Part shown: positions 9,328 to 18,782 of the stretch, piece by piece
Numbering within the stretch: the stretch's first letter is position 1
Layout of the letters: every line of letters begins with the position of its first letter
From: Methanomassiliicoccus luminyensis B10
GTDB taxonomy: Archaea > Thermoplasmatota > Thermoplasmata > Methanomassiliicoccales > Methanomassiliicoccaceae
Reading direction: 5' to 3'
Length of the DNA stretch: 64,000 bases
Assembly (NCBI RefSeq): GCF_000308215.1
Contig: NZ_CAJE01000012.1
Span: forward strand, 504,894 to 568,893
Program-made: the position numbers and the translations under genes
The notes under the pieces: generated by a model
The model's database searches: none
What the model saw: only the letters and a program-made list of their open reading frames with translations
What the model was told of the DNA's origin: nothing

Positions 9328-10746
9328 TCAAGAGAAGATATTGTACCTGAATTCGTAGCCCTCGGTCCTCACCAGGTTCGGCAGCTCCCCCCGGCCTATG
9401 AGCTGGAAGGCGTGGCGGATGACGGCCTCATAGAACTCGCAGTAGGGGCTCTTTCCGAAGATGGTGCCATTCTCGCTGTACACCTCCCCGGGGCACGGCG
9501 CCCCGCAGATGTTGCGCAGGGCGCAGGTGCCACAGGTAGGGATGTTCTCCGCCCAGCGGGACCGGACCAGAGAGAGGGCGGGGGACCTGACGGCCCTCTC
9601 CACCCCTCCGGCCTGGAACACGCTCTCGGTCCTGAAGTCCGCCAGGCCGAGGAATTCGCTGCACGGGTAGATGGAGCCGTCAGAGGCTACCGAGACAAAG
9701 CACCGCCCCCCGCCGCAGGGAGTGATGTCGCACATCAGCCTCCGGCCCATGGGGGCGATGATCCCCAGGACCAGGTTAGAGAAGTCGGCGATGGTGATCC
9801 TCTGCCCGCCCTTGGTCCTCTCCACCGCCCTCTCTACCGCGGCCATGAACTGGGGGATCAGCAGCTCGTTGGCCGGCCTGATCTTCCTCGCCACCTCTTG
9901 CGTTCCCCTCACCGGGTTCATCAATACAGAGGGCACTTTCCTGTCGGCGAGGAAGTCGATCATCTGAGGCAGCGTGCCCACGTTCATCGAGCTGATGGTG
10001 CAGATGACGCTCATCGCCTTGTAGCCATCGAGGCGCTCGATCACGTGGACGGCCTTATCGTAGGTCCCCCCGCTCCCTCCGCGCAGCGGCCGGATGCGGT
10101 CGTTGACCTCCTTTATCGGAGAGTCAAGGGACACTCCGACCGACACTTTGTGGTCCATGAAGAAGTCGCAGGTACCGTCATCGAGGTGAAAGCCGTTGGT
10201 CTGGACCCCGAAGGCGAAGCGGTCGGAGTAGTCGAGAACCACCTGCTTCAGGACGTCCTTCACCAAGAGCGGCTCGCTGCCGTGGAAGATGATCACCGGG
10301 CGCTTGCCGTCGCGGTTGCGCATCACCGAGCCGGGATAGTTCTCGAAGAAGTCGTGGAGATTGTCCAGGGCCAGGGACACCTGGGCATAGGTCATGTGCG
10401 GCCCCGCCGCCCTGAGGTCGTCGGGGAGATAGCAGTACTTGCAGCTGGCGTTGCACATGCCGGTAGGATTGAAGTACACCGCGCTGAAGCGCTCCGATTC
10501 ACGGAACTCGCGAAGCTCCTTGCGCATGCTCTCGGCGTGCTCGCTGTACATAGGGAGGATCTCGTTCTGCAGGGACGAACTTAGGTCCCGGTCCTTGGAG
10601 ACCATCGCCCAGAACATGGTGTCGGGGTCCAACAGGGCGTACCATTGCCCTACATCTATGAGCTGGAGATGCGGCCCTTGGCCGGAGTTCAGCCCGAACG
10701 GGATCACAGAGCTTGCGCTGGGTTGGGGATTTTCTGACATCATCAA
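9328..10746 (-). CDS. radical SAM/SPASM-domain enzyme (peptide-maturase/anSME-like) with ~100-aa N-terminal extension
   Basis: CNASCKYC (Cx3Cx2C) radical SAM cluster motif. The C-terminal SPASM cysteines are present (CDITPCGGGRCF ... CSEF ... CGTCALRNICGAPCPGE). An AGGTG RBS lies upstream of the ATGATGATG start. Confidence 0.85.
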   Translation of the reverse strand: MMMSENPQPSASSVIPFGLNSGQGPHLQLIDVGQWYALLDPDTMFWAMVSKDRDLSSSLQNEILPMYSEHAESMRKELREFRESERFSAVYFNPTGMCNASCKYCYLPDDLRAAGPHMTYAQVSLALDNLHDFFENYPGSVMRNRDGKRPVIIFHGSEPLLVKDVLKQVVLDYSDRFAFGVQTNGFHLDDGTCDFFMDHKVSVGVSLDSPIKEVNDRIRPLRGGSGGTYDKAVHVIERLDGYKAMSVICTISSMNVGTLPQMIDFLADRKVPSVLMNPVRGTQEVARKIRPANELLIPQFMAAVERAVERTKGGQRITIADFSNLVLGIIAPMGRRLMCDITPCGGGRCFVSVASDGSIYPCSEFLGLADFRTESVFQAGGVERAVRSPALSLVRSRWAENIPTCGTCALRNICGAPCPGEVYSENGTIFGKSPYCEFYEAVIRHAFQLIGRGELPNLVRTEGYEFRYNIFS

Positions 10747-10784
10747 ATATCACACCTTTGAGGAAAAGGTTTGGGGAAAGGGGT

Positions 10785-10880
10785 TTAGAAGGGCAGTTCG
10801 CCCGCACCGTCGTAGATGATGTAGTGCGAGAGCCCGTTTCCGTCCACCTTGCACTCCATCCTACACATCACAACGCTCAT
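10785..10880 (-). CDS. candidate 31-aa precursor peptide MSVVMCRMECKVDGNGLSHYIIYDGAGELPF
   Basis: Small ORF immediately upstream of the rSAM/SPASM gene on the same strand (38-nt gap). An AGGAG RBS sits 11 nt upstream of the ATG. A TATA box and palindrome lie upstream. It contains two Cys residues. Confidence 0.35.
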   Translation of the reverse strand: MSVVMCRMECKVDGNGLSHYIIYDGAGELPF

Positions 10881-10897
10881 TTTTTCACACGCTCCTC

Positions 10898-10918
10898 AGT
10901 TGGATGATACATCCAACT
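10898..10918. promoter_or_regulatory. 21-bp perfect palindrome AGTTGGATGATACATCCAACT just downstream of a TATA box (minus-strand promoter of peptide/rSAM operon)
   Basis: Read directly from the sequence. A TTATATA element (plus 10945-10951) lies ~25 bp upstream on the minus strand. The same 15-bp core recurs at 59193-59211. Confidence 0.6.
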
Positions 10919-11077
10919 AACACGGAAACTAAAATCCCGACTATATAACCATTACTGCATGTAAATTACAGTTGGATGTATGCTCCAACCAATCTGGCCC
11001 ATTGGATTGTTTCCACTTTTTTCAAGGCGATGCCGCACATACATGTTTGAAATACTGGGGTCCCGTTTTTCTCCCCG

Positions 11078-12145
11078 ATGCAGTACGTTTCGGGGCAGCT
11101 GCTGACCGAGGAGGGCTTCGTCGAGGGGCACGTCGGCTTCGAGGATGGGGTCGTCGCCGAGGTGGGCAGGGGGAAGGCAAAGGACAGCGTGTCCGAGGGG
11201 CTCATCCTCCCCACGTTCGTGAATGCGCACACCCATATCGCCGACTACGTCGTGCCGGTGGACCCCTTGCTGTCCCTGGCCGAGGTGGTAGCGCCGCCCC
11301 ATAGCCTCAAGTACCGTGTGCTTGCTGCTACACCTGAATCGAAGCAGCGGGAGGCCATCGGCTACCTCTCGGAGCGCATGGCTAGGGGCGGGACCTCGGT
11401 GTTCTCGGACTTCCGCGAGGGCGGCATTGGCGGCGCGAGGCTGATGTCCTCGGCCGAGGGAGCGAGGGCGTTCGTCCTCGGAAAGCCCCAGGCCCCTCAT
11501 TTCGACCGCGAGGAGATCTCCGCCCTCCTGGATGTCGCTGAGGGCATCGGCCCGTCGGCCATCTCGGACTGGGACTACGAGGAGCTGCGGGAGCTGGCCT
11601 CGTTCGTCCGCTCCCGGGGGAAGGTGTTCGCCATCCACTGCTCTGAGAGGATCAGAGAGGACCTGGACAAGGTCCTGGACCTGAGGCCGTCGTACCTCGT
11701 CCACATGACCCAGGCCACCGACGCGGACCTGGAGAGATGCGCCCAGCTCGACGTTCCCGTGGTGGTGTGCCCGAGGTCCAACATGTTCTTCGGCATGGCC
11801 CCGCCCCTGGCCCGCATGGTCCGCCACGGCGTGACCGTAGCGCTCGGCACCGACAACGCCATGATATCCATGCCCGACCTATTCGTGGAGATGGAGTTCG
11901 CGGGGAGACTGCTCCGGCAGCAGGGCGAAAAGCGGCTGGACTGCGTAATTCGTATGGCGGCCAGTCATGGCAGAAAAATTATAAATCGTAGCCCACTAAT
12001 AGAGATTGACCCGGGCGCGCCATGCGACTTCATGGTGGTCCGGTCCCAGAACGGCGATCCCGTCACCGACCTTGTCCTGCGGACCGCAGGGGAACAGCCC
12101 CTCCTGGTATGCATGGGAGGTAGGACATGGAGAGGACCACAATGA
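11078..12145 (+). CDS. amidohydrolase-family metal-dependent hydrolase (chlorohydrolase/deaminase-like)
   Basis: N-terminal metal-binding HxH motif (FVNAHTHIADY) and later H/D residues. Length ~355 aa. Confidence 0.7.
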   Translation: MQYVSGQLLTEEGFVEGHVGFEDGVVAEVGRGKAKDSVSEGLILPTFVNAHTHIADYVVPVDPLLSLAEVVAPPHSLKYRVLAATPESKQREAIGYLSERMARGGTSVFSDFREGGIGGARLMSSAEGARAFVLGKPQAPHFDREEISALLDVAEGIGPSAISDWDYEELRELASFVRSRGKVFAIHCSERIREDLDKVLDLRPSYLVHMTQATDADLERCAQLDVPVVVCPRSNMFFGMAPPLARMVRHGVTVALGTDNAMISMPDLFVEMEFAGRLLRQQGEKRLDCVIRMAASHGRKIINRSPLIEIDPGAPCDFMVVRSQNGDPVTDLVLRTAGEQPLLVCMGGRTWRGPQ

Positions 12146-12591
12146 ACCAGTTCAAGAGGATACTTATACCAACAGACGGAAGCGAGTACACCAAGGCCGC
12201 TATAGCTCAGGGTCTGGAACTCGCTAGGCTCATGAACGCCGAGGTCACCGCGTTGTACGTGGTGGACCAGACATCGTTCGTCAACTTCCCCATGGACTCC
12301 ACCGTGGTATCGGTGTACTCTCTGCTGGAGAAGGAGGGCAAGGATGCGGTCGACTACGTCAGGCAGGAAGGCGAGAGGCTGGGCGTGAAGGTCGACGTGG
12401 CGGTGGTAGAGGGGTCCCCGGCCAAGAAGATCGTGGACGAGGCCAAGGACTATGATATGGTGGTCATGGGCACTCTCGGCCGCAGCGGATTCTCCAAGCT
12501 CCTGCTGGGCAGCGTGGCCGAGAGGGTCGTCCGGTTCGCTCCCTGCCCCGTGCTGGTGGTGCGCGCCGCCCCCAGGGAGGAGAAGGCATGA
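12127..12591 (+). CDS. universal stress protein (UspA family)
   Basis: USP motifs (ILIPTDGSEYT ... VVMGTLGRSGFSKLLLGSVAERVV). Confidence 0.8.
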   Translation: MERTTMNQFKRILIPTDGSEYTKAAIAQGLELARLMNAEVTALYVVDQTSFVNFPMDSTVVSVYSLLEKEGKDAVDYVRQEGERLGVKVDVAVVEGSPAKKIVDEAKDYDMVVMGTLGRSGFSKLLLGSVAERVVRFAPCPVLVVRAAPREEKA

Positions 12592-13433
12592 CCACGGTCG
12601 AACAGGTCATGACCCACAACCCCATCGTAGGACAGATACCGGGCTCACGCACCGATGTCCTCAAGCTCATGGTAAAGCACAACCTGACCGGCATCCCCAT
12701 CGTCAAGAAGAACGATGGCTCGCTGGCCGGGATGATCACGCGCAACGATATATTCCAGAAGCCGGAGGAGGACCAGCTGGCCATGATCATGACCAAGAAC
12801 CCCGTCACCATACTCCCCGGCTGCCAGGTGGAGGAGGCGGCCCGCCTGATGCTGCGGACCCAGGTCACCCACATGCCGGTGGTGGACGACGGGAAGCTGG
12901 TAGGCATACTCACCCCCACCGATCTCCTGTACGAGGTGGAGAAGAAGGCCTCCGGCGTTCCGGTAGGGGAACTGGCCCTGTCGCCGTGCGTGCCCATCTA
13001 TCAGGACGCTCCATTAAGAGTGGCTTTGATGACCTTCCGGGTGAGCAAGGTGAACGCGCTCCCGGTCCTGGACAGCAATGGAAAGCTGGCTGGCATCCTC
13101 ACCGACCGCGACGTGTTCAACAAGAGCCTCATCAACGGCTCCATGGCCATGTCCGCCCTGGGCATCGCCGGGGACGAGGACGAGTGGACCTGGGAGGGGC
13201 TCCGCGACGTCATGAAGCTGTGGTTCGAGGTCTCCAAGATCGAGCTGCCTGCCGTCCCCGTCAGGGACATCATGAGGCGCTCGCCCACAACAGTTTTTAG
13301 TAAGACCAACGTATCCGAGGCCGCTAGGACCATGCGCCGCAACGATTTCGGGCAGCTTCCGGTGGTCGACTCCAAGGACAACCTGGCGGCAATGCTCTAC
13401 GACATCGACGTGGTGTCGATACTGGCCAAGTGA
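12588..13433 (+). CDS. CBS domain-containing protein (4 CBS repeats)
   Basis: Repeated CBS-domain pattern (hydrophobic-x-hydrophobic ... G-hydrophobic-hydrophobic-T-x-x-D). Translationally coupled to usp (ATGA overlap). Confidence 0.8.
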   Translation: MTTVEQVMTHNPIVGQIPGSRTDVLKLMVKHNLTGIPIVKKNDGSLAGMITRNDIFQKPEEDQLAMIMTKNPVTILPGCQVEEAARLMLRTQVTHMPVVDDGKLVGILTPTDLLYEVEKKASGVPVGELALSPCVPIYQDAPLRVALMTFRVSKVNALPVLDSNGKLAGILTDRDVFNKSLINGSMAMSALGIAGDEDEWTWEGLRDVMKLWFEVSKIELPAVPVRDIMRRSPTTVFSKTNVSEAARTMRRNDFGQLPVVDSKDNLAAMLYDIDVVSILAK

Positions 13434-13454
13434 TATCCCAATAGAGGAATTCAG

Positions 13455-15161
13455 ATGGATGCTTCGGACGTTCTTTCGCTCTGCAAGCGCAGAGGCTTTC
13501 TATTTCCCTCTTTCGAGGTGTACGGCGGCGTCGCCGGCATGTACGACTACGGCCCGCTGGGCACGGCGTTGAAGAACAACATCGTGGAGATCTGGAGGAG
13601 GCTCTACACCCTTGGCGAGGGGTTCGTGGAGATCGATTCCGAGACCATCGGGCCGGAGATCGTGTTCAAGGCGTCCGGCCACGTGGACGAGTTCGCCGAC
13701 AAGATGGTGAAGTGCAAGTCCTGCGAGGAGCCGTACCGCGCCGACCACCTGGTGAAGGACAAGCATCCTAATCCAGGGGTCCTTAAGGAGAAGGAGCTGG
13801 ACGATCTCATCCGCGCCAACGGCATAGTCTGCCCCGCTTGCGGCGGCGAGCTATCCTCGGTGGAGGAGTTCAATCTCATGTTCAAGACCGTCATCGGCCC
13901 CGGCTCCGGCCGGGTCGGGTACATGCGCCCGGAGACGGCCCAGGGCATCTTCGTCAACTTCCCCAACCTGTACCGGTACAATCGCGAGAAGCTTCCCCTC
14001 GGCGTCATCCAGGTAGGCCGCGGGTACCGCAACGAGATCTCCCCCCGCCAGGGCGTCATCAGGCTGAGAGAGTTCAACATGATGGAGTGCGAGCTGTTCG
14101 TGGACCCCGAGGACAAGACCTGGCCGCGCTTCGACGATGTCAAGGACGAGAAGCTGAAGCTCCTGGCCAACGACGGCCGGGACATCGAGATCACCGTCGG
14201 TGACGCCGTCGAGCAGCGAGTCATCTGCAACCAGGTGCTCGCCTACTTCATGTGGTTCACCCAGGAGTTCCTCAAGGCCGTGGGTGTGGACGGGGCGCGC
14301 ATGCGCTTCCGCCAGCACGAGAAGGACGAGATGGCCCACTACGCCGCGGACTGCTGGGACGTGGAAGCTTTGCTCACTTACGGCTGGACCGAGATCGTGG
14401 GCATCGCCGACCGGGGCTGCTGGGACCTATCCAGGCACAGCCAGTTCTCCGGCGCGGACATGACCGCGTTCAAGCGGTTCGATGAGCCCAAGGAGATGGA
14501 AAAGGACGTCATCAAGCCGAAGTACGACCTGCTGGGCCCGAAGTACAAGGGCAAGGCCGGTAAGATCGGCAAGGCCATGGAGGCCGCCGACCCCAGTTCC
14601 ATGAAGGACGGGGCCATCACCGTGGAGGTGGATGGGGAGAAGTTCACGCTCGGCAAGGAGACCTTTGAGGTCGCCAGGGTCAAGGAGAAGGTCACCGGGG
14701 TCAAGGTCATCCCCCACGTCATAGAGCCGTCGCACGGTCTGGACCGCATCACCTACACGGTCCTGGAGCATGCCTTCAGCCAGAACAAGGAGAGCGCCGT
14801 GCTGAGGCTGTCGCCCGCCGTCGCTCCCATCAAGGTGGGGGTCTTCCCTCTGATGAACAGGGACGATCTGGACTCCATCGCCGAGGAGATCGAGCAGGAG
14901 ATCCGCTACAGCGGCATCGAGACCAACTACGACGATTCCGGGTCCATCGGCCGCCGGTATGCCAGGATGGACGAGATCGGCACCCCTTGGTGTATCACCG
15001 TGGACTATCAGACCAAGGAGGATGGTACGGTCACGATCAGGGAGAGGGATACCAACAAGCAGATCCGGGTCCGTGCCGGCGACGTGGTCAACGTGGTCCG
15101 CGCGGCCCTGTGCGGGATGGACCTGCAGCAGTTCGCTGTCGGCACTGAGCCGTCGCAATAA
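13455..15161 (+). CDS. glyS: glycine--tRNA ligase (archaeal/eukaryotic-type dimeric GlyRS)
   Basis: 568 aa with class II aaRS motifs. N-terminus is RGFLFPSFEVYGGVAGMYDYGPLG and the C-terminus contains an anticodon-binding domain. Confidence 0.9.
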   Translation: MDASDVLSLCKRRGFLFPSFEVYGGVAGMYDYGPLGTALKNNIVEIWRRLYTLGEGFVEIDSETIGPEIVFKASGHVDEFADKMVKCKSCEEPYRADHLVKDKHPNPGVLKEKELDDLIRANGIVCPACGGELSSVEEFNLMFKTVIGPGSGRVGYMRPETAQGIFVNFPNLYRYNREKLPLGVIQVGRGYRNEISPRQGVIRLREFNMMECELFVDPEDKTWPRFDDVKDEKLKLLANDGRDIEITVGDAVEQRVICNQVLAYFMWFTQEFLKAVGVDGARMRFRQHEKDEMAHYAADCWDVEALLTYGWTEIVGIADRGCWDLSRHSQFSGADMTAFKRFDEPKEMEKDVIKPKYDLLGPKYKGKAGKIGKAMEAADPSSMKDGAITVEVDGEKFTLGKETFEVARVKEKVTGVKVIPHVIEPSHGLDRITYTVLEHAFSQNKESAVLRLSPAVAPIKVGVFPLMNRDDLDSIAEEIEQEIRYSGIETNYDDSGSIGRRYARMDEIGTPWCITVDYQTKEDGTVTIRERDTNKQIRVRAGDVVNVVRAALCGMDLQQFAVGTEPSQ

Positions 15162-15168
15162 GCCTTCC

Positions 15169-15212
15169 GGGGGCCCGCCCCCGTTCTCGTTGTTTTTCTG
15201 TTCTTTTTCGAA
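15169..15212 (+). terminator. GC hairpin (CGGGGG-CCCG-CCCCCG) followed by a T-rich tract
   Basis: Read from the sequence immediately after the glyS stop. Archaeal oligo-T terminator-like. Confidence 0.5.
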
Positions 15213-15367
15213 GCATTCTGTCGGATTTCCTACTAACACCTCCTCTATTTCTGATAATCATAAGCAACATTGAATACCATAGAACGCCCATCAATGGCTG
15301 TCAGAACAGTTGAACGACCGCAAGGTAAACCGCTTCAAATCTTTCCCAACTCGTTTGGAGGGAAAAA

Positions 15368-16567
15368 ATGAACGCACAGGAACTAGCGGGAATGAAGAAG
15401 AGAGAGCAGCTGAGGTCGATTATCGAGTCCATGACTATCGGCGACCTCATGAGCAAGGGTTTTGAATATGTAGGCCCGGACGAACAGCTCTCCGATGTGC
15501 TCAAGAAGATGGGGGCGCTCGACCTTCACGAGATCCCCATCAGCCCGGACGGCAAGAGGCTGGCAGGAGTGGTAAGCTACGGCACGCTCCTAAAGCGCAG
15601 GAACCTCTCGACCTCCACCAAGGCCGGCTCCATCGCGGTAATGCCGCAGGAGATCGGACCGGATTCCTCGGTCACCGAGGTAGCGGAGGCCTTCCTCACC
15701 TCCGGATACAGACAGATACCCGTCGTCAAGGGAGGCATGATCCAGGGGATCATCTCCCGCGCGGACCTCATCAAGGTGGTCCCCAACATCCGCGACCTCA
15801 AGGAGCTGAAGGTCGAGGACATCATGACCGAGGAGGTCCAGACGGTCCGGTCCGCGGACCCCGTGGAAAAGGCCCTCATGACCATGAAGAACCTCAGCAT
15901 TCGGACCCTGCCGGTGGTCGATGACGCCGGCGCGCTCACCGGGATCGTGGGCATCAAGCAGGTCGCCGACTACAACTGGAGGGAGCGGAAGCGCGAGACC
16001 GTCGGCGAGATCACCGGCAGCAACACCCCGGTGGAGGTGAAGGTGTCCTCCATAGCTCACGACACGGTCTTCACCACCGAGGCGGACGCCGAACTGGGCA
16101 AGGCCGTCGACCTCATGCTCAGCAAGAAAGTATCCACCCTCCCAGTGATGGACGGCGATGAACTGGCGGGGATACTGACGAAGTACGATATCATCGAGCT
16201 ACTGGCGTCCTTCCGCCAGAGGGACATGGTGTACACGCAGATCACCGGCCTGGAGCAGGACGACCGCTTCGCCCTGGACCAGATGGAGAGGGAGATCACC
16301 ACCTCGCTGCAGAAGATCGCCAAGATCTCCCGGCCCATGCTGTTCACCATGCATGTGACCAAGTACAACTCCCAGGGCAACAACTACAAGTACGCGCTCA
16401 ACGGGAGGCTCATCACGGAGAACAAGATCTGGGTCGCCTCGGCGGTGGAGTGGGACCTCATCAAGTCCACGCAGTCCCTGATGCAGCATTTCGAGCGGAG
16501 GGTCATCGAGAGGAAGGAAGAGAAGCTGAACCACCGCAAGAGGGCCCGCACCATCGGTCACTCTTGA
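15368..16567 (+). CDS. CBS-domain pair protein with C-terminal uncharacterised domain
   Basis: At least four CBS repeats in the N-terminal 280 aa, followed by a ~120-aa C-terminal domain. Confidence 0.75.
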   Translation: MNAQELAGMKKREQLRSIIESMTIGDLMSKGFEYVGPDEQLSDVLKKMGALDLHEIPISPDGKRLAGVVSYGTLLKRRNLSTSTKAGSIAVMPQEIGPDSSVTEVAEAFLTSGYRQIPVVKGGMIQGIISRADLIKVVPNIRDLKELKVEDIMTEEVQTVRSADPVEKALMTMKNLSIRTLPVVDDAGALTGIVGIKQVADYNWRERKRETVGEITGSNTPVEVKVSSIAHDTVFTTEADAELGKAVDLMLSKKVSTLPVMDGDELAGILTKYDIIELLASFRQRDMVYTQITGLEQDDRFALDQMEREITTSLQKIAKISRPMLFTMHVTKYNSQGNNYKYALNGRLITENKIWVASAVEWDLIKSTQSLMQHFERRVIERKEEKLNHRKRARTIGHS

Positions 16568-16584
16568 GCGAATCCCTAACGGAA

Positions 16585-16620
16585 CGGGGCCCCGAGCCCT
16601 TTTTTTCTTGTTTTCTTTTC
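16585..16620. terminator. bidirectional terminator-like element: CGGGGCCCCG palindrome plus T-rich tract between convergent genes
   Basis: Read from the sequence between the CBS gene (+) and the MATE gene (-). Confidence 0.5.
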
Positions 16621-17998
16621 ATTTGATCTCCGGCCCTGAGAGGGTGGAAGACCCCTCACTCGCGCCTGCGCTCATGTCCTTTCTGTAGTGGGTCCTCAGG
16701 ATAACAATGGCCAGGACCGCGGTCGTCAAGCACGTGAACGGCATGTTGAGCCAGAGCCCGTCCAGTCCGAGAGGTCCCAGTAGGAAGAGGAACGTGATCG
16801 GAAAGACGAGGACCATGGATAGGGATATAGCAGCCGCATGGCCCGGTTTTCCAATCGCGGACATGTAGCTCTGCGTGGCCAGCGATACCCACCGGGTCAG
16901 GTAGGCGAAAGCGAACAGGGACAGCGCGTGCACTGACAAGGCGACCAGGGCCGCATCCTCCGCTCTCACGAAGATGCTGACGATTGGTTCTTTCGCGAAC
17001 GTCATGATCGCGGCCATCGCCATGGACAGCACTGCGCAGGCGCCGAAACATCGGCGCATGATGGCCGAGATGCGGCGGTAGTTCTTGGCTCCATGGTTGT
17101 ATCCAACGGCTGGTTGCAGGGAATCGCAAAGGCCGTAGAGTACCGGCTGCATGATGCTGTCGGCATACATCAACACTCCATATGCCGATACCGCCATGGC
17201 CCCGCCTAAACGAAGCAGGAACACGTTGATGATTATCTCGGTGAAACGGCCGGCGATGTTGTTGAGGAAGGTGGGGGCACCGTTCATGAAGATGATCCTC
17301 ATTGTCTTGCGGTCGATCCTTGGCCTGGTGAAACGAAGCTGCATTTTGCCACGGAAGAACGGCACGAAGGCGATGATGACGCATATGGACATACCCAGGC
17401 AGGTCCCCAGCGCTGCGCCCCATATGCCGAAGCGCAGAACGAACAGGAACAAGAACTCCAGCGATATGCTGAGGACCGCCATAAGTATGTTTACCACCAT
17501 GCTGTAGTGGACCTTGCCGCAGATGCGGAGGTAGTTGTCCACCGCGAACAGGATCGTTGTGAACGGCGAGAAGGCTGCGTAGACGCGCAAATATTGAGAG
17601 CCCATTAACACCAGCTGTTCGTCGGCGCCTATGATCCGCACGAAGCTCTCGGCGAAAATGAAAATGATCACGCCGAGAACTATCCCTGCTCCGACTATCA
17701 TCAGGCAGGCGCTTGAAAAGATGTTGTTTGCCCCTTCCTCATCCTTTTCACCGAGCTTGATAGCAATGGGTACCGATGAACCGACACCTATCAGATCGGC
17801 GATTGAAAAGTTGATTATCACGAGCGGCATGACGAGGGTCAGTGCGGCGAACGCCTCGGAGCCCAGGATCTGCCCGACGAACGCCCCGTCGATGATCACA
17901 TATAGTGACGACACGAGCATGCTGATGATGCCAGGGATCGCAACGATGACGAATAACCTGGTCGGTGGTGTTTTTTCGTATAACGCCTTGTAGTCCAT
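16619..17998 (-). CDS. MATE-family multidrug/oligosaccharidyl-lipid/polysaccharide efflux transporter
   Basis: 459 aa, ~12 TM helices, typical MATE N-terminus (IPGIISMLVSSLYVIIDGAFVGQ). Confidence 0.85.
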   Translation of the reverse strand: MDYKALYEKTPPTRLFVIVAIPGIISMLVSSLYVIIDGAFVGQILGSEAFAALTLVMPLVIINFSIADLIGVGSSVPIAIKLGEKDEEGANNIFSSACLMIVGAGIVLGVIIFIFAESFVRIIGADEQLVLMGSQYLRVYAAFSPFTTILFAVDNYLRICGKVHYSMVVNILMAVLSISLEFLFLFVLRFGIWGAALGTCLGMSICVIIAFVPFFRGKMQLRFTRPRIDRKTMRIIFMNGAPTFLNNIAGRFTEIIINVFLLRLGGAMAVSAYGVLMYADSIMQPVLYGLCDSLQPAVGYNHGAKNYRRISAIMRRCFGACAVLSMAMAAIMTFAKEPIVSIFVRAEDAALVALSVHALSLFAFAYLTRWVSLATQSYMSAIGKPGHAAAISLSMVLVFPITFLFLLGPLGLDGLWLNMPFTCLTTAVLAIVILRTHYRKDMSAGASEGSSTLSGPEIK

Positions 17999-18287
17999 GT
18001 GGTGCCTGTCTTATCTCGCTTGTCGTTCTTCCTCAACCGTCCTTTGTCGTTCGTGCGTTGGTGCCATTATTTCATAGACATGCCGTTCGTCATCGAGTTC
18101 GGCAAGATGAGATGTGGATCGTCTCTCCACCTACCGAGCCTTGTTTAGCAAGTACATTGGCCGCAACCGGTCGTTCTTGTCCATGACAGATGTGCGCCAT
18201 TCAACCCACAGGAGGAACGCTCCCCTTTCCGGCGCATTCCGACGGCGTCGCGAACGGACCACATGCCGCTGATGCAGGGTCGGCAAT

Positions 18288-18782
18288 TCAGTGGTACCGG
18301 TCGTTTTTCAAAAAACGTTCCGATTCCGCCCGGAACAGCTCATGATATTTTCGGCTGCATTCCATTAGGGTTCTGCGCTCAACATGGTTCATTTTCTGGA
18401 AAGCTAACTGCTCCGCCTCAAAAACCATGTCGATATTTTCCTGAGCGAATTTAACGCCCTTCTCGGTGAGAATGACATATTTTCCGCGCCTATCGATTTC
18501 CGACGGTTCCAAAGTGATATAGCCTCTCTTTTCCAGTCCCTTCAGCGCGGAGTTGATGGTCTGCTTGGTTATGGCCCATTGATCGCAGATCTCCTTTTGA
18601 GTACGTTTCCCATCCTCTTCTCGAATCGAACACATCAGCCAGAAGGCACTGATCGACAGACCGCTCTGTTTGGCAAATTCACCATATATCGCATCGCCTT
18701 CCTTGAAAAGAGAAATGAGTTCTCTCAGTTGTCGATGTGCCTCCTCGCGGTCCGAAGCATTGCCTAATTGGTCCGATTTCAT
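18288..18782 (-). CDS. MarR-family transcriptional regulator
   Basis: Winged-HTH region (QKEICDQWAITKQTINSALKGLEKRGYITLEPSEIDRRGKYVILTEKG). The internal ATG at 18780-18782 is taken as the start. Adjacent to the MATE transporter. Confidence 0.75.
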   Translation of the reverse strand: MKSDQLGNASDREEAHRQLRELISLFKEGDAIYGEFAKQSGLSISAFWLMCSIREEDGKRTQKEICDQWAITKQTINSALKGLEKRGYITLEPSEIDRRGKYVILTEKGVKFAQENIDMVFEAEQLAFQKMNHVERRTLMECSRKYHELFRAESERFLKNDRYH

